The notes: generated from the letters alone by a model not told the origin. A stretch of DNA of 64,000 nt from an uncultured Candidatus Saccharibacteria bacterium (GCA_964464735.1 CAYXKF010000004.1:3929-67928); one strand, 5' to 3'. Positions 47,294 to 57,807 are shown, numbered from the stretch's first letter. Made by a program: numbers and translations.

Positions 47294-48536
47294 GCGTGCC
47301 GCGCAGCTGTTCGGCTTCGACGATACGTTTTACCGCAACAATCATTGCCGCTTCGCGAAGGGTAACGTTATGCGTTCGCGCTGTTGCCATAACGGCGCGC
47401 GTTGATTCGGTCATGATTTTCTGTAGTCGCGCGTCGATGTCGGCCAATCCCCAGCGGTCGGCGTTTTGGTTTTGTACCCATTCAAAATAACTGACCGTCA
47501 CACCGCCGGCATTTGCCAGCACGTCAGGAAGCACGGCAACCGATTTTTGCGCCAAGATTTCGTCAGCCTCGAACGACGTCGGATTGTTGGCTAATTCAAG
47601 AATGACCGATGCTTGGATCGACTGTGCGTTTGCCTTTGTGATCACTCCATCAAGTGCCGACGGTACCAGCACATCACAAGCTTCGGTCAGCAGCTCTTGG
47701 TTTGTGATGTGTGTTCCATACGAATCTGGAATTGCCGCAATCGATCCATATTCTTCTTTAAGCTGGCGCACCAATCGCGGGTCAAGGCCGTTTTGGTTTA
47801 TTAAAGCTCCCGACGAATCCGACACACCCACAATAACGCATTCCATATCGTGCAATGATTCAGCAACAAAGTAACCCACGTTTCCAAACCCCTGCACAAT
47901 CACGCGCTTGCCCGCAAGGGCGATATTTTCTTCGGCAAAGTAGGTTTGCAAACAATATGCCCCACCCTTACCGGTTGCCGATTCGCGCCCCAAGCTTCCG
48001 CCCAATGCAATAGGCTTTCCGGTGAAAGCTCCTGGTTCATGACGATCGACCGTTTTTTCGTATGCATCAAGCATCCATGCCATGATCTGCCCGTTGGTGT
48101 AGACATCGGGCGCAGGAATATCCTTATGCACGCCAATGTACGGCGCCATTAAGCGCGCCCATTCGCGCGAAACTGCCTGCAATTCGTTTTGAGAATATTT
48201 TTTCGGGTCAATAGTAACTCCACCCTTACCACCACCTAATGGAATATCAACAACTGCGGTCTTGATCATCATGCCAGCCGCAAGTGCTTTTACTTCGTTT
48301 TCATTTGCCTCGGGATGGAAACGGATACCGCCTTTAAATGGGCCACGCGCGTCGTTAAATTGCACGCGATAGGCATGAAACGATTCTTGTTTGCCGTCAT
48401 CACGCGTGATCGAGATCGTATCGGTGATAGTGCGCTTCGGGGTCGAAAGCGTTGCAGTGACCGAGTCGTCGTATCCCAAGATTTTTGCCGCCTTGGTAAT
48501 AGTGTGTACGATGTTTGCAAATGGATCGTATGACAT
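47283..48536 (-). CDS. gdh: Glu/Leu/Phe/Val dehydrogenase (glutamate dehydrogenase-like)
   Basis: Substrate-site IPLGGGKGG motif and a C-terminal Rossmann fold. Confidence 0.85.
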   Translation of the reverse strand: MSYDPFANIVHTITKAAKILGYDDSVTATLSTPKRTITDTISITRDDGKQESFHAYRVQFNDARGPFKGGIRFHPEANENEVKALAAGMMIKTAVVDIPLGGGKGGVTIDPKKYSQNELQAVSREWARLMAPYIGVHKDIPAPDVYTNGQIMAWMLDAYEKTVDRHEPGAFTGKPIALGGSLGRESATGKGGAYCLQTYFAEENIALAGKRVIVQGFGNVGYFVAESLHDMECVIVGVSDSSGALINQNGLDPRLVRQLKEEYGSIAAIPDSYGTHITNQELLTEACDVLVPSALDGVITKANAQSIQASVILELANNPTSFEADEILAQKSVAVLPDVLANAGGVTVSYFEWVQNQNADRWGLADIDARLQKIMTESTRAVMATARTHNVTLREAAMIVAVKRIVEAEQLRGTLAK

Positions 48537-48559
48537 AAACGTTATGATGCTATAAATAA

Positions 48560-51082
48560 TTAATCTTCAACTGTTTCAATAAAAGTGTATCCCTGCTTAA
48601 GATATTCGTCGGCTTTTTTCGCCTTAACAATTACTTCGTTGTCACCTTTTTTCAGCCTTACTTTTTGATTGCGCTCGATCGAATCAGGAAGGTTTTGATA
48701 TGTGCCAGCAAACATCGCTGAGCTTACCAAAGTTTCTTTGCGATCAGCATCCGATGTTAAAAATCGGTCTTTAATAAATGCAAAGGTTCGGGCATACAAT
48801 TCGTCTTCGAGGATACGGTATGTAATAAGACTTTCTTTTTTATATTCGACTAACGGTTCCTTGTGGCCGTATGCACGCAATTGCACCGACTGGCGCACTT
48901 GGTTCATGCCTTCCAGATGATCCATCCACAAGCGGTCAAGCGTGCGCAAGACAACCGGATGCATTTCGTTAATATAGGTATCAAGCCCAACTTCCTGTAT
49001 TGATGCATCAAGGGCTTCGGCAGAATCAGGAAAACGGTTTTTTAGTTCGGTAATAAATTCTTCGTAAGCGGCTTGCTCGTCAAGCAACAATGCGCGGCGC
49101 TTGCCGTACACCAACCGGCGGTGAAACGACAACACATCGTCAAACGAGAGTACATGCTTGCGGGCATCAAAGTTAAATCCTTCGATTCGCTTTTGTGCGG
49201 TCTCGATGGCCTTACTGAAAAACGCGACTTGGATCGATTGCTCTTCGGGAAAATCCATTTTGGCAAGCATTTTTTGCGTACCCACATTATCGCCAAAAAC
49301 GGTTAACAAATGGTCTTCAAGTGAAACGAAAAATTGCGTTTCACCCGGGTCGCCCTGACGACCTGATCGCCCGCGCAACTGGTTATCGATACGCCGCGCT
49401 TCGTGGCGTTCGGTACCAACGACAAATAATCCACCTAAATTTTTAACTTCATGTTCCTCGTCGGCAGTTGCTGGGCTTCCCCCAAGCTTAATGTCGACAC
49501 CACGGCCAGCCATATTGGTTGCAATAGTTACCGCACCCTTGCGGCCTGCCTGCGCAATGGTTTCGCTTTCGGTATCGTGATTTTTTGCGTTCAATACCTG
49601 GTGAGGAATCCCTTCTTGATTCAAGTATGCCGAAAGTAATTCGTTTTTATCGATCGATGCGGTACCAATTAAAACTGGCTGGCCTTTTTCGTGCAGTTCT
49701 TTTACTTTTTTTGCGATCGCCTTAAACTTGCCGCGCTCGTTGATGAAAATAAGATCGTTATTGTCGATGCGCGCCAATGGGCGGTGTGTTGGCACTTGTA
49801 CGACATCTAAATTGTATACGGTATGAAATTCTTCGGCCGAAGTTTGTGCAGTACCGGTCATACCCGCAAGGTTTTCGTACATCTTAAAATAGTTTTGGTA
49901 CGTGATTGATGCAATTGTGCGCGCTTCGGCCTTGATTGGTAGCCCTTCTTTGGCTTCGACCGCCTGGTGCATGCCGTCAGACCAGCGCGAAGATTCCTTC
50001 ATGCGGCCGGTAAATTCGTCGATGATCACGACTGTGTCGCCGCGTACAATATATTCTTTATCCTTACGGAACAGCGCCTTGGCACGCACTGCGTTTTCAA
50101 GGTGATGCACATAATGGATATTTTGCGCAGTGTATAAATTAGTGATCCCAAGTTGCGCTTCGGCAAAATCGATACCATCGTTGGTCAGCTCGACTGCACG
50201 GTGCTTTTCGTCTTTGGTAAAATGTGTTCCCTCGACCATGCGACCGGCAATTGATGCAAACGTACGATACAAGTCTTGCGGTTCGTCGATTTGCGCTGAA
50301 AGGATCAACGGCACGCGCGCTTCGTCAATTAAGATGCTGTCAACTTCGTCGACCAATGCAAAATAATGTCCGCGCTGCACACACTGTGCAATTGCTTGTG
50401 CTGTATTATCACGCAAATAATCGAAACCGAATTCGCTGTTTGTGCCATACGTGATATCACACGCATAGGCAGCAGTACGATCCGATGGACGCAAAAAACT
50501 TTCGGCAACGCGAAACGCACCGGTCGTATCACGGTTCTCATCAAGAATTTCTGATTCAGGAGTTTCAACTGAAGACTCGTTATAGACATATGATTGACGA
50601 TTGTCGTTAATGACACCAACGCTCATTCCCAAAAAGCCATACACTTGCCCCATAATAGACGCGTCGCGTCGCGCAAGGTAATCGTTTACCGTTACGACAT
50701 GCACGCCTTTGCCCGCTAATGCATGTAGATACACCGGCAACGTTGCAACCAACGTCTTTCCTTCTCCAGTTTTCATTTCAGAAATATTGCGATGAAAAAG
50801 CGCCATGCCTCCAATCAGCTGTACGTCATAGTGGCGTTGGCCAAGCGTGCGCTTTGAGGCTTCGCGAACCGCGGCATAGGCTTCGGGCAAAATTGACTCA
50901 AGTGTTTCGCCGGCTGCAATGCGTTCTTTAAATTCGTTGGTCTTGGCACGCACTTCATTATCCGAAAGCGCCTCGAAGCTTGGCTCAAGCGCATTTATTT
51001 TTTCGACGGTGTGACGGGCAGCCTTTAAAAACGACACCGAGGCATCGGGAAAAAGCGCCTTTTTTACGTAATTGAATACCAT
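48560..51082 (-). CDS. secA: Preprotein translocase ATPase SecA
   Basis: DEAD-like motor domains, 840+ aa; likely start MVFNYVKKALF. Confidence 0.9.
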   Translation of the reverse strand: MVFNYVKKALFPDASVSFLKAARHTVEKINALEPSFEALSDNEVRAKTNEFKERIAAGETLESILPEAYAAVREASKRTLGQRHYDVQLIGGMALFHRNISEMKTGEGKTLVATLPVYLHALAGKGVHVVTVNDYLARRDASIMGQVYGFLGMSVGVINDNRQSYVYNESSVETPESEILDENRDTTGAFRVAESFLRPSDRTAAYACDITYGTNSEFGFDYLRDNTAQAIAQCVQRGHYFALVDEVDSILIDEARVPLILSAQIDEPQDLYRTFASIAGRMVEGTHFTKDEKHRAVELTNDGIDFAEAQLGITNLYTAQNIHYVHHLENAVRAKALFRKDKEYIVRGDTVVIIDEFTGRMKESSRWSDGMHQAVEAKEGLPIKAEARTIASITYQNYFKMYENLAGMTGTAQTSAEEFHTVYNLDVVQVPTHRPLARIDNNDLIFINERGKFKAIAKKVKELHEKGQPVLIGTASIDKNELLSAYLNQEGIPHQVLNAKNHDTESETIAQAGRKGAVTIATNMAGRGVDIKLGGSPATADEEHEVKNLGGLFVVGTERHEARRIDNQLRGRSGRQGDPGETQFFVSLEDHLLTVFGDNVGTQKMLAKMDFPEEQSIQVAFFSKAIETAQKRIEGFNFDARKHVLSFDDVLSFHRRLVYGKRRALLLDEQAAYEEFITELKNRFPDSAEALDASIQEVGLDTYINEMHPVVLRTLDRLWMDHLEGMNQVRQSVQLRAYGHKEPLVEYKKESLITYRILEDELYARTFAFIKDRFLTSDADRKETLVSSAMFAGTYQNLPDSIERNQKVRLKKGDNEVIVKAKKADEYLKQGYTFIETVED

Positions 51083-51211
51083 ATTAGTCGAGCATACCAC
51101 GCATATAAGCAATTACAATATTGCCAAATGGGGCTTTTGAATTCGATTTATAATACATGCACAGCGCTTGTTGGAAGCCTAAATATGTATTACAATGAGT
51201 GTTCGACCGAA

Positions 51212-51295
51212 AAGCCCCTTCTAGGATCAGCGATCGCACTCACATAGGACGTTTGTTGTGGAGCTCGCCATCGCTGATCACTTGAGGGGGTTTTT
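51212..51295 (+). promoter_or_regulatory. Long imperfect hairpin in the secA/doxX divergent intergenic region (arms built on GATCAGCGAT), followed by GGGGGTTTTT; candidate leader/attenuator or sRNA terminator
   Basis: CCCCTTCTAGGATCAGCGATCGC ... GCCATCGCTGATCACTTGAGGGGGTTTTT is read directly. Confidence 0.35.
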
Positions 51296-51355
51296 ATATG
51301 CATCATTTTTTGTGTATGCTATACTGCCCATTATTTGTAAGCATAATGTATAGAT

Positions 51356-51793
51356 ATGAATCAAATCATGTGTTCGGATAAAGTGTGTTTTAAAAGCGCG
51401 GCATTAATATTACGCTTGGCAGTCGGCGCGCTATTTTTGTATTCGGGGATTGTTAAGATCGCCAACATGGAAATGATCGTCGGCTTTTTTGCTTCGATGG
51501 GGCTTTCTGCCGTCATTGCATGGCTAGTAACCCTAGGCGAGATTTTTGCCGGAGCAGCATTGATCGCAGGCATATTTACCCGTATCGCGTCAGCAATCGT
51601 GGTTATCATCATGATCGGCGCAACTATTTTAACCGCAAAGGCAACTGGCTTTAACAGCGCCATCCCAACACTATTCTACATTTTTGCAGGCGTATCGCTT
51701 TTCTTAAGCGGACCTGGACTGTTTGCACTTGCAAACGTGTTTGGCAAAAAGTGCGACTGCGACTGTGCAGAGGGCACGTGCGAGACGAAATAA
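51356..51793 (+). CDS. DoxX-family membrane protein with a C-terminal Cys cluster (CDCDCAEGTC)
   Basis: LRLAVGALFLYSGIVK DoxX signature. Confidence 0.7.
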   Translation: MNQIMCSDKVCFKSAALILRLAVGALFLYSGIVKIANMEMIVGFFASMGLSAVIAWLVTLGEIFAGAALIAGIFTRIASAIVVIIMIGATILTAKATGFNSAIPTLFYIFAGVSLFLSGPGLFALANVFGKKCDCDCAEGTCETK

Positions 51794-51805
51794 TTTTTCA
51801 TCGCA

Positions 51806-51840
51806 AACAAAAAAACCGGCATTCGCCGGTTTTTTTGTTT
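51806..51840. terminator. Bidirectional intrinsic terminator between doxX and the RRM-protein gene
   Basis: AAAAAAACCGGC-ATTC-GCCGGTTTTTTTG. Confidence 0.85.
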
Positions 51841-51849
51841 TAGGGCTAC

Positions 51850-52176
51850 TTAGTAGCGGTTACCGCCACGGAATCCTCCGCCGCCGTTACCACCACGATT
51901 GCCACCGCGGAATCCTCCACCATTTTGTTCTGGTGGGCGAGCTTCGCTGACGTTGATGGTTCGGCCATCAAGTTCAGTTCCGTTCAAAGAAGAAATTGCC
52001 TTTTGAGCTTCTTCAGGAGTGCTCATTTCAACGAAACCGAATCCGCGTGAGCGTCCAGTTTCGCGATCAGTTACAACGCGAGCAGAAGTTACGTTTCCGT
52101 AAGCTGCAAATGCTTCTTGTAATAGCTGATCAGAGGTATTCCAAGAAATACCGCCAACATATAGTCGAGTAGACAT
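51850..52176 (-). CDS. Glycine-rich RNA-binding protein (single RRM plus RGG/GGN tail)
   Basis: LYVGGISWNTSDQLLQEAF (RNP2) and RGFGFVEM (RNP1); C-terminal GGFRGGNRGGNGGGGFRGGNRY. Confidence 0.85.
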   Translation of the reverse strand: MSTRLYVGGISWNTSDQLLQEAFAAYGNVTSARVVTDRETGRSRGFGFVEMSTPEEAQKAISSLNGTELDGRTINVSEARPPEQNGGGFRGGNRGGNGGGGFRGGNRY

Positions 52177-52460
52177 GATGTTACAGATAGATTAACTAAA
52201 AAAGTCTGTAAGCTGACCTTCTGTGCTTGCTTACAGAGTGCAAAAACACGAGAAAACTTACAGGTCTTAGTCTACCACGAAAAGCGACTCATAAGCAAGC
52301 CAGTGCGGCCAGGTTAATAAAATCATTGTTTGAGTCCTGAAACCAAAGGCGTAAAACAAATACAAATTGAGGACTTATGAAAAAGAAGCGTATCCTTACC
52401 ACTGGACTTTAGACAGAATATTTATACTTGTTTTTATTGAGTAAAAAAGAAAATCTTATT

Positions 52461-52548
52461 TGGCGGAAGCGGAGAGATTCGAACTCTCGATACCTTGCGG
52501 TATGCCGGTTTTCGAAACCGGTGCGTTAGACCACTCTGCCACGCTTCC
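52461..52548 (-). tRNA. tRNA-Ser (anticodon CGA), CCA encoded
   Basis: Cloverleaf read on the minus strand: GGAAGCG acceptor, ACCGG-TTTCGAAA-ACCGG anticodon arm, long variable arm, GTTCGAATC T-loop, ...GCCA end. Confidence 0.85.
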
Positions 52549-52592
52549 GTATATTTTGCCATCATACAAAATATGCTACAATCCGCAACATA

Positions 52593-53518
52593 TGGAAATC
52601 GGGATCATTATAATTACCGTCCTAGGCTTATGCCTTTTCGAGATCGTAAACTCGATCGACAACGCGATCATCAATGCCGAAGTGTTGGGCACTATGGGCC
52701 CCAAGGGTCGCCGGTGGTTTTTACTATGGGGATTCATCATTGCAGTATTTGCCGTACGCGGTTTGCTGCCATGGCTTATTGTTTGGCTTTCAACTCCTGG
52801 GGTTGGCCCTATTCAGGCATTACTTGCAACATTTAGCAACGACCCAAGCGTCATGGCGGCGGTCGAAGCGGCTGCACCGCCCCTATTGGCCGGAGGTGGG
52901 ATCTTTTTGCTTTTCTTGTTTTTACACTGGCTCTTTCTTGAACAAAAAAATTACGGCCTTTTTCACGAACCATTTTTTACCCGTCAAAGCGTATGGTTTT
53001 ATGCCGTGGTATCAGCGCTTCTTGCCGTAATTGTCTGGCTTGGCCTTAAGCAAAGCCCTGGGCTTGCCTTTGGCGCCGTCATCGGCTCGACCGCGTTCTT
53101 TATCGTCCACGGGTTCAAGCAAAACGCCGAAAAGGCCGAGGAACAATTGCTACATGGTTCGTATTCGGATATTAGCAAAATTCTGTATCTTGAAATCATC
53201 GACGCGACATTCTCGATCGACGGCGTACTAGGAGCATTCGCCTTTACCATGTCGGTACCATTGATCATTCTAGGAAACGGCCTTGGTGCGTGGGTTTTAC
53301 GAAAACTGACCATGCAAAATATCGAGAGCATCAAAAAATATCTTTACCTAAAAAACGGGGCCATGTACTCATTACTAGCGTTGGGAACAATCATGCTAAT
53401 CGACGCCTTTGGGCACCATATTCCGGCGTGGGTTTCGCCGATAATTACGTTTAGTATCATTGGATATTTCTTCTGGCGTTCAAAGCGCGCAATAAAAAAA
53501 CAGGAGTCCGCATCTTAA
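52593..53518 (+). CDS. TerC/DUF475-like integral membrane protein
   Basis: IVNSIDNAIINAEVLG (S-x-DNA motif) and multiple TM helices. The start is revised to MEIGIII, because the ORF-track start overlaps the tRNA. Confidence 0.5.
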
Positions 53519-53841
53519 TCGACACGAACTCCCTAACGCCTGGCAGCATTATTAAAAGTTACTCTCCATTTTCTGTCTTAGGTTTTTCTCCTTTTTCGCA
53601 GCCATATAAAAATTTGTGAGCCGACATTGGAAGTTCTCCGGCATCATTATTGGGCGTCGAGGAATCCTCGTCGCGGTTTGCGTCTTGAGACGTTTTGCCG
53701 CCAAACAAGTTCCAGGTCAGACGCTCATCACCTAAATACTTTGGCAAATAATCATTGTTTACATTATCCATGGTATCTCACTTTTTGGGTTCAACAAATT
53801 AAAAAACAAAGGTGTGTTAATTTAATTGTACTAAATATCTT

Positions 53842-54207
53842 TTACCTGTCAATATCCCGCACCACATCCTCGACTTTCGTCTTAATGCGGGTCACATGCG
53901 GACGCGCCATATTTTCACCATGCGTAAGCAATTTGTTTATGATGACCCCGAACACATATGCTGGAACACCAAACACGATTCCGATTACTAAAAAGATCCA
54001 AAAAAACACTTTGGCAACACCCGATGCGTGAACAATAAGATGGGTGAATCCCATAATGCCAAGCAAAATCACAATGACTGCGTAAATAATTACCGGCAAC
54101 AAAATAACACCCAGCATGGTTTCGCGGGCTTGCTCAAAAGCAAAGCCGGTTGGGTCTTTGATTCCTTTTTTTGTATCACGGTATATCTTAAAAGCGCGCA
54201 AAATCAT
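53842..54207 (-). CDS. Small membrane protein, unknown
   Basis: Three hydrophobic helices; start at the internal ATG (MILRAFKIYRD). Confidence 0.4.
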   Translation of the reverse strand: MILRAFKIYRDTKKGIKDPTGFAFEQARETMLGVILLPVIIYAVIVILLGIMGFTHLIVHASGVAKVFFWIFLVIGIVFGVPAYVFGVIINKLLTHGENMARPHVTRIKTKVEDVVRDIDR

Positions 54208-54228
54208 GATGAAAGTATAGCACAAAAA

Positions 54229-54247
54229 ACCGGCACAGGGCCGGTTT
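54229..54247. terminator. Bidirectional intrinsic terminator
   Basis: AAAAAACCGGCACAGGGCCGGTTTTTTT. Confidence 0.75.
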
Positions 54248-54268
54248 TTTTGAATAGCAAAGTTGATG

Positions 54269-54652
54269 TTAAACTGTCATCATCCAAGGAATCGCAAGCG
54301 CGATGATCATCAGCATTGCACCCATAAGCGCAAAGTTTTTATTGAAGTTGATCATTTCGCTCATCTTTTGCATTGGGTCGGTAGCGCTCCAAAAACGGTG
54401 CATTGTTAGGGTCATGACCAGCATCGTTGCAATTAAGATCCACAGGCCAACTTGCGGCATGAACCCAAGCAAAACTGAAAGCCCGCCAAGCAGCATGGTG
54501 ATACCGCTGACAATGACACCTGCCTTTGCCATTGGTATGCCCTTAGATTGCGCATAGCCGGTCAAATTACCAAGGTGCGCAAAGTGGTTATAGCCCGAAT
54601 AAATAAAGTAGCCTCCTAATATGATTCGTCCGATAAGAAAAAGTACTGGCAT
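54269..54652 (-). CDS. DoxX-like membrane protein
   Basis: MPVLFLIGRIILGGYFIYSGYNHF DoxX signature. Confidence 0.6.
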   Translation of the reverse strand: MPVLFLIGRIILGGYFIYSGYNHFAHLGNLTGYAQSKGIPMAKAGVIVSGITMLLGGLSVLLGFMPQVGLWILIATMLVMTLTMHRFWSATDPMQKMSEMINFNKNFALMGAMLMIIALAIPWMMTV

Positions 54653-54690
54653 ATAATTAAAAATATTTAGCGGTTAATACCCTTATTTTA

Positions 54691-55437
54691 CTACGCTTCA
54701 ATGCGATTGAAAAGCACCGTAGCAATGGCCAAAATAACGACGGTTGCAATAGTAAGGATCAGCAAATCGAGGCCTAGGTTAAACGAATATCCACCAGTAA
54801 GCGGCCCGCGAATCGCATCAATACCGTACGAAAGCGGGTTAAGCTTGATCACCGTTGCCAAACCTTTAGGCAAACCCGCAAGTGGAAACAGTGCGCCTGA
54901 CAAAAAGAATAACGGCATCATAATAAAATTCATGATAATCGGAAACGCCTGCATGTCGCGCATATTAACGGCTATTGCGGTACCTAGTGCGGTAAAAAAG
55001 ACTGCGATCAAAAACATCACCACCAATACCAGCGGTAATGCTGCCCAATTAATAGGATGAAACCCCGCAAGCAACGCAATAATAAAGACTGCGATTCCCT
55101 GGAATAATGCAATGGTTGCACCGCCCAGTGTACGACCTAACGCAATATTCCAGCGCGATACCGGTGCCACTAAGGTTTCTTTTAAAAATCCAAACTGGCG
55201 ATCCCAAATGACCTCGATACCAGCAAACATCGCCGAAAAAATGATCCCCATACCAATGATACCCGGTGCCAAAAAATCAATGTAGTCCCCCTGACCTGCT
55301 TTTGCAAAGACCGGCCCAAAACCAAAACCGAACGCAAGCAAGAAAAGAAGCGGTTGCCCAAGCGATCCAATGATGCGCGCCTTCGAGCGCCAGTATTTTT
55401 TAATTTGTCGTAACCATAAAATGTATATTGCGGCCAT
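54691..55437 (-). CDS. ABC-2 type transporter permease
   Basis: Six TM helices; ABC-2 family topology; downstream of the ATPase. Confidence 0.7.
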   Translation of the reverse strand: MAAIYILWLRQIKKYWRSKARIIGSLGQPLLFLLAFGFGFGPVFAKAGQGDYIDFLAPGIIGMGIIFSAMFAGIEVIWDRQFGFLKETLVAPVSRWNIALGRTLGGATIALFQGIAVFIIALLAGFHPINWAALPLVLVVMFLIAVFFTALGTAIAVNMRDMQAFPIIMNFIMMPLFFLSGALFPLAGLPKGLATVIKLNPLSYGIDAIRGPLTGGYSFNLGLDLLILTIATVVILAIATVLFNRIEA

Positions 55438-55449
55438 AAAGTTAAAAAA

Positions 55450-56247
55450 TTATCTTTTACCCCACGCACGTGCATGCTGTCGTAATTGGTCGACCGAACC
55501 AGCCTCTTCATCACGAATACCGTGGCCGGTAAGTTCCAAAAATGCATCTTCAAGATTTTCTTTATTTGCCCTGGTAATCAGTTCGGCGGGAGTACCCGAA
55601 GCAATAATGGTGCCGTGGTCAATAATGGCAATTTTGGTTGCCATACGCGCTGCTTCTTCCATATAGTGCGTCGTAAAAAATATTGTCATGCCATTTTCTT
55701 GGTTAAGTTTTTTGATGTAATCCCACATGTGGTTGCGGGTCTGCGGATCAAGGCCAAGCGTCGGTTCATCCAAAAACAAAATGCGCGGTTCGTGCAAAAG
55801 CCCGCGTGCAATCTCAAGCCGGCGCTTCATCCCGCCAGAATAGTTGCGAACCAAATCTTGTTGCCGGTCAGCAAGGTCAACCAGTTCGAATAGTTGCTGG
55901 ATTTTTCGCTTGCGAACACTTTTTGGCACACCATACAGCGCACCATGGAAATCCATATTTTCATACGCTGTTAAATCATCATCAAGGCTTGAGTCTTGGA
56001 AAACGATACCAAAGAGCTTGCGTATTGCAGCCTTATCGCTCTCTATTGATGCACCGCCAAGCGTTACTTCGCCAGATGTTTTTTCAAGCAGCGTTGTTAG
56101 CACTTTGATAGTCGTTGATTTTCCAGCACCATTGGGGCCAAGAAAACCAAAAATCTGCCCGACCGGTACGCTAAACGAAATACCTTTTACGGCTTCGAAG
56201 TCACCAAACTTCACTGATAAACTTTTTACATCGATAATATTTTCCAT
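55450..56247 (-). CDS. ABC transporter ATP-binding protein
   Basis: Walker A GPNGAGKST, signature LSGGMKRRLEIA, Walker B ILFLDEPT. Confidence 0.9.
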   Translation of the reverse strand: MENIIDVKSLSVKFGDFEAVKGISFSVPVGQIFGFLGPNGAGKSTTIKVLTTLLEKTSGEVTLGGASIESDKAAIRKLFGIVFQDSSLDDDLTAYENMDFHGALYGVPKSVRKRKIQQLFELVDLADRQQDLVRNYSGGMKRRLEIARGLLHEPRILFLDEPTLGLDPQTRNHMWDYIKKLNQENGMTIFFTTHYMEEAARMATKIAIIDHGTIIASGTPAELITRANKENLEDAFLELTGHGIRDEEAGSVDQLRQHARAWGKR

Positions 56248-56292
56248 AATGAATTTTCAGTATACGCTTCGAATAAGGATCAGGCAAACAAG

Positions 56293-56586
56293 TTACCGTA
56301 TCGCCCCTTCGGCTTTTAGTTTTCGCAATTTTTCGCTTTGCCCTCCACGATTATAATTACCAATAACACCGTCGCTTCGGATAACACGATGGCATGGCAC
56401 TGTGGGGCTATAGTTTTGCTTCATGATTGAACCGACTGCTCGAGCCGCATCAGGACTTCCCGCTTTTGCAGCAACCTGCTTATAGGTCATAACCTTCCCC
56501 TTTGGAATACCAGCGACAATAGTAAGTACTTTATCGCGAAATGATGTGGTGTTTTTTGGAACTTTCACAACTCCACTATAGCACAA
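56293..56586 (-). CDS. ogt: Methylated-DNA-protein-cysteine methyltransferase, DNA-binding/active-site domain only
   Basis: PCHRVI active-site motif; 97 aa. Confidence 0.75.
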   Translation of the reverse strand: MCYSGVVKVPKNTTSFRDKVLTIVAGIPKGKVMTYKQVAAKAGSPDAARAVGSIMKQNYSPTVPCHRVIRSDGVIGNYNRGGQSEKLRKLKAEGAIR

Positions 56587-56608
56587 AACCCCGAACGGGG
56601 TTTTGTGC
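56581..56608 (-). terminator. Perfect 12-bp hairpin GCACAAAACCCC-GAAC-GGGGTTTTGTGC downstream of the FN3 gene (overlaps the annotated ogt start)
   Basis: Read directly. Confidence 0.55.
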
Positions 56609-56625
56609 TTCTAAAGTATGCAATT

Positions 56626-57807
56626 TTATCTTCGTCCCTTACCATCATGATCGTCTTTATCATCCCAGTCATGTCTGCGGTCAAAGAAGTCACGTGAATA
56701 GATGTACCACTTGGTATAAATGCGTGGATCTTCGGGATCAGTGGTAAATGATCGGCGTGATGAAACAAAGCGGTTTCCTGACGCGTCTTCGGATATCACA
56801 CGATAGGTATATTCGGTATCTGATACAAGACCAGTAATGCTGATCACATGCGAACGGGTTAGATCATCATCGATGATACGGTCTTCATCCCCATATTCAG
56901 ATTCGTACAACACTTCAGTTGTAGCCGGTTCGTTCGTGTTCCAGCTGATTGTTACGCTATGCGAACCAACCTGGTCGATATGGATATCAGTTATAACTGG
57001 GTCATCATTATCATCATCGCGGCGTGTCGTAAATATTCGGTCGGACGATGTTGTTACATTGCCATCCGAATCACGCACCGAAATGCTGTAATGATAAGTC
57101 GTATTATCGTTTAAGCCCGAGAGCGTAACCGAATGGTCATCATTCATTGCACTGCGACTTGAAGTATTTCCATAACTGTCGGTTCGTCCATACGATACTA
57201 CGCCGCTGGTATCTTCGTCAGTATGCCACGATATGACTGCGCTTGAGTCACTAATCGAACCGACACTGATATCCGAGATGTCAGGATCTCCCGCACGGTC
57301 TTCGCTGGTAGTGCGAAAGGTCGATCGTGCCGATACTGCCTTGTTACCAAAGAAATCCCATGCAATTACCTGATATCGATACCGGGTATCTTTATCCAAA
57401 CCACTTAAACGCACGCTGTGTTCGGTTTTTAATGACGATTTATAACCGCTTGATTCATCAAGCTCGTCTACGCCATAAATAATTTCGGACGCACTGCGTT
57501 CATTTGTCTTCCATGTAATAACCACACTACTGTCGCTTTGGCGCTGTACTTGGATGTCAGAAATAACCGGTGCTTTCGTATCAGCCACGCATCGCTTTAG
57601 TATACCTTTATGGTTGCCATTGCCACGCGAGCTTGCAAATAGCAATCCAAACGGCACACGACACAACTTTACTTCGGCCGAAACCGATGCATTTTGCGCA
57701 TAAGCTGGGATTGCAGCTACTGGTGCAATAAAGCTGGTAATTAATAGAATGCTTAGTAGAAATGTTCTTTTCATATACTTATACGGCGTCAAAGTTATTG
57801 CTAACAT
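56626..57807 (-). CDS. Secreted protein with three tandem fibronectin type III-like repeats
   Basis: Signal peptide MKRTFLLSILLITSFIAPVAAIPAYA. There are three ~95-aa repeats: P.I.DI.V...S..V.I.W.T.E....V.YG...........HSV.L.GL...T.Y.Y.V...D..GN. Confidence 0.75.
   Translation of the reverse strand: MLAITLTPYKYMKRTFLLSILLITSFIAPVAAIPAYAQNASVSAEVKLCRVPFGLLFASSRGNGNHKGILKRCVADTKAPVISDIQVQRQSDSSVVITWKTNERSASEIIYGVDELDESSGYKSSLKTEHSVRLSGLDKDTRYRYQVIAWDFFGNKAVSARSTFRTTSEDRAGDPDISDISVGSISDSSAVISWHTDEDTSGVVSYGRTDSYGNTSSRSAMNDDHSVTLSGLNDNTTYHYSISVRDSDGNVTTSSDRIFTTRRDDDNDDPVITDIHIDQVGSHSVTISWNTNEPATTEVLYESEYGDEDRIIDDDLTRSHVISITGLVSDTEYTYRVISEDASGNRFVSSRRSFTTDPEDPRIYTKWYIYSRDFFDRRHDWDDKDDHDGKGRR

Noticed and set aside
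52460-52592. ORF-track start of the 52460-53518 CDS (MAEAERFELS...)
   Set aside because: The first ~130 nt are the reverse complement of tRNA-Ser(CGA). The real start is the internal ATG at 52593, which begins the hydrophobic membrane protein.
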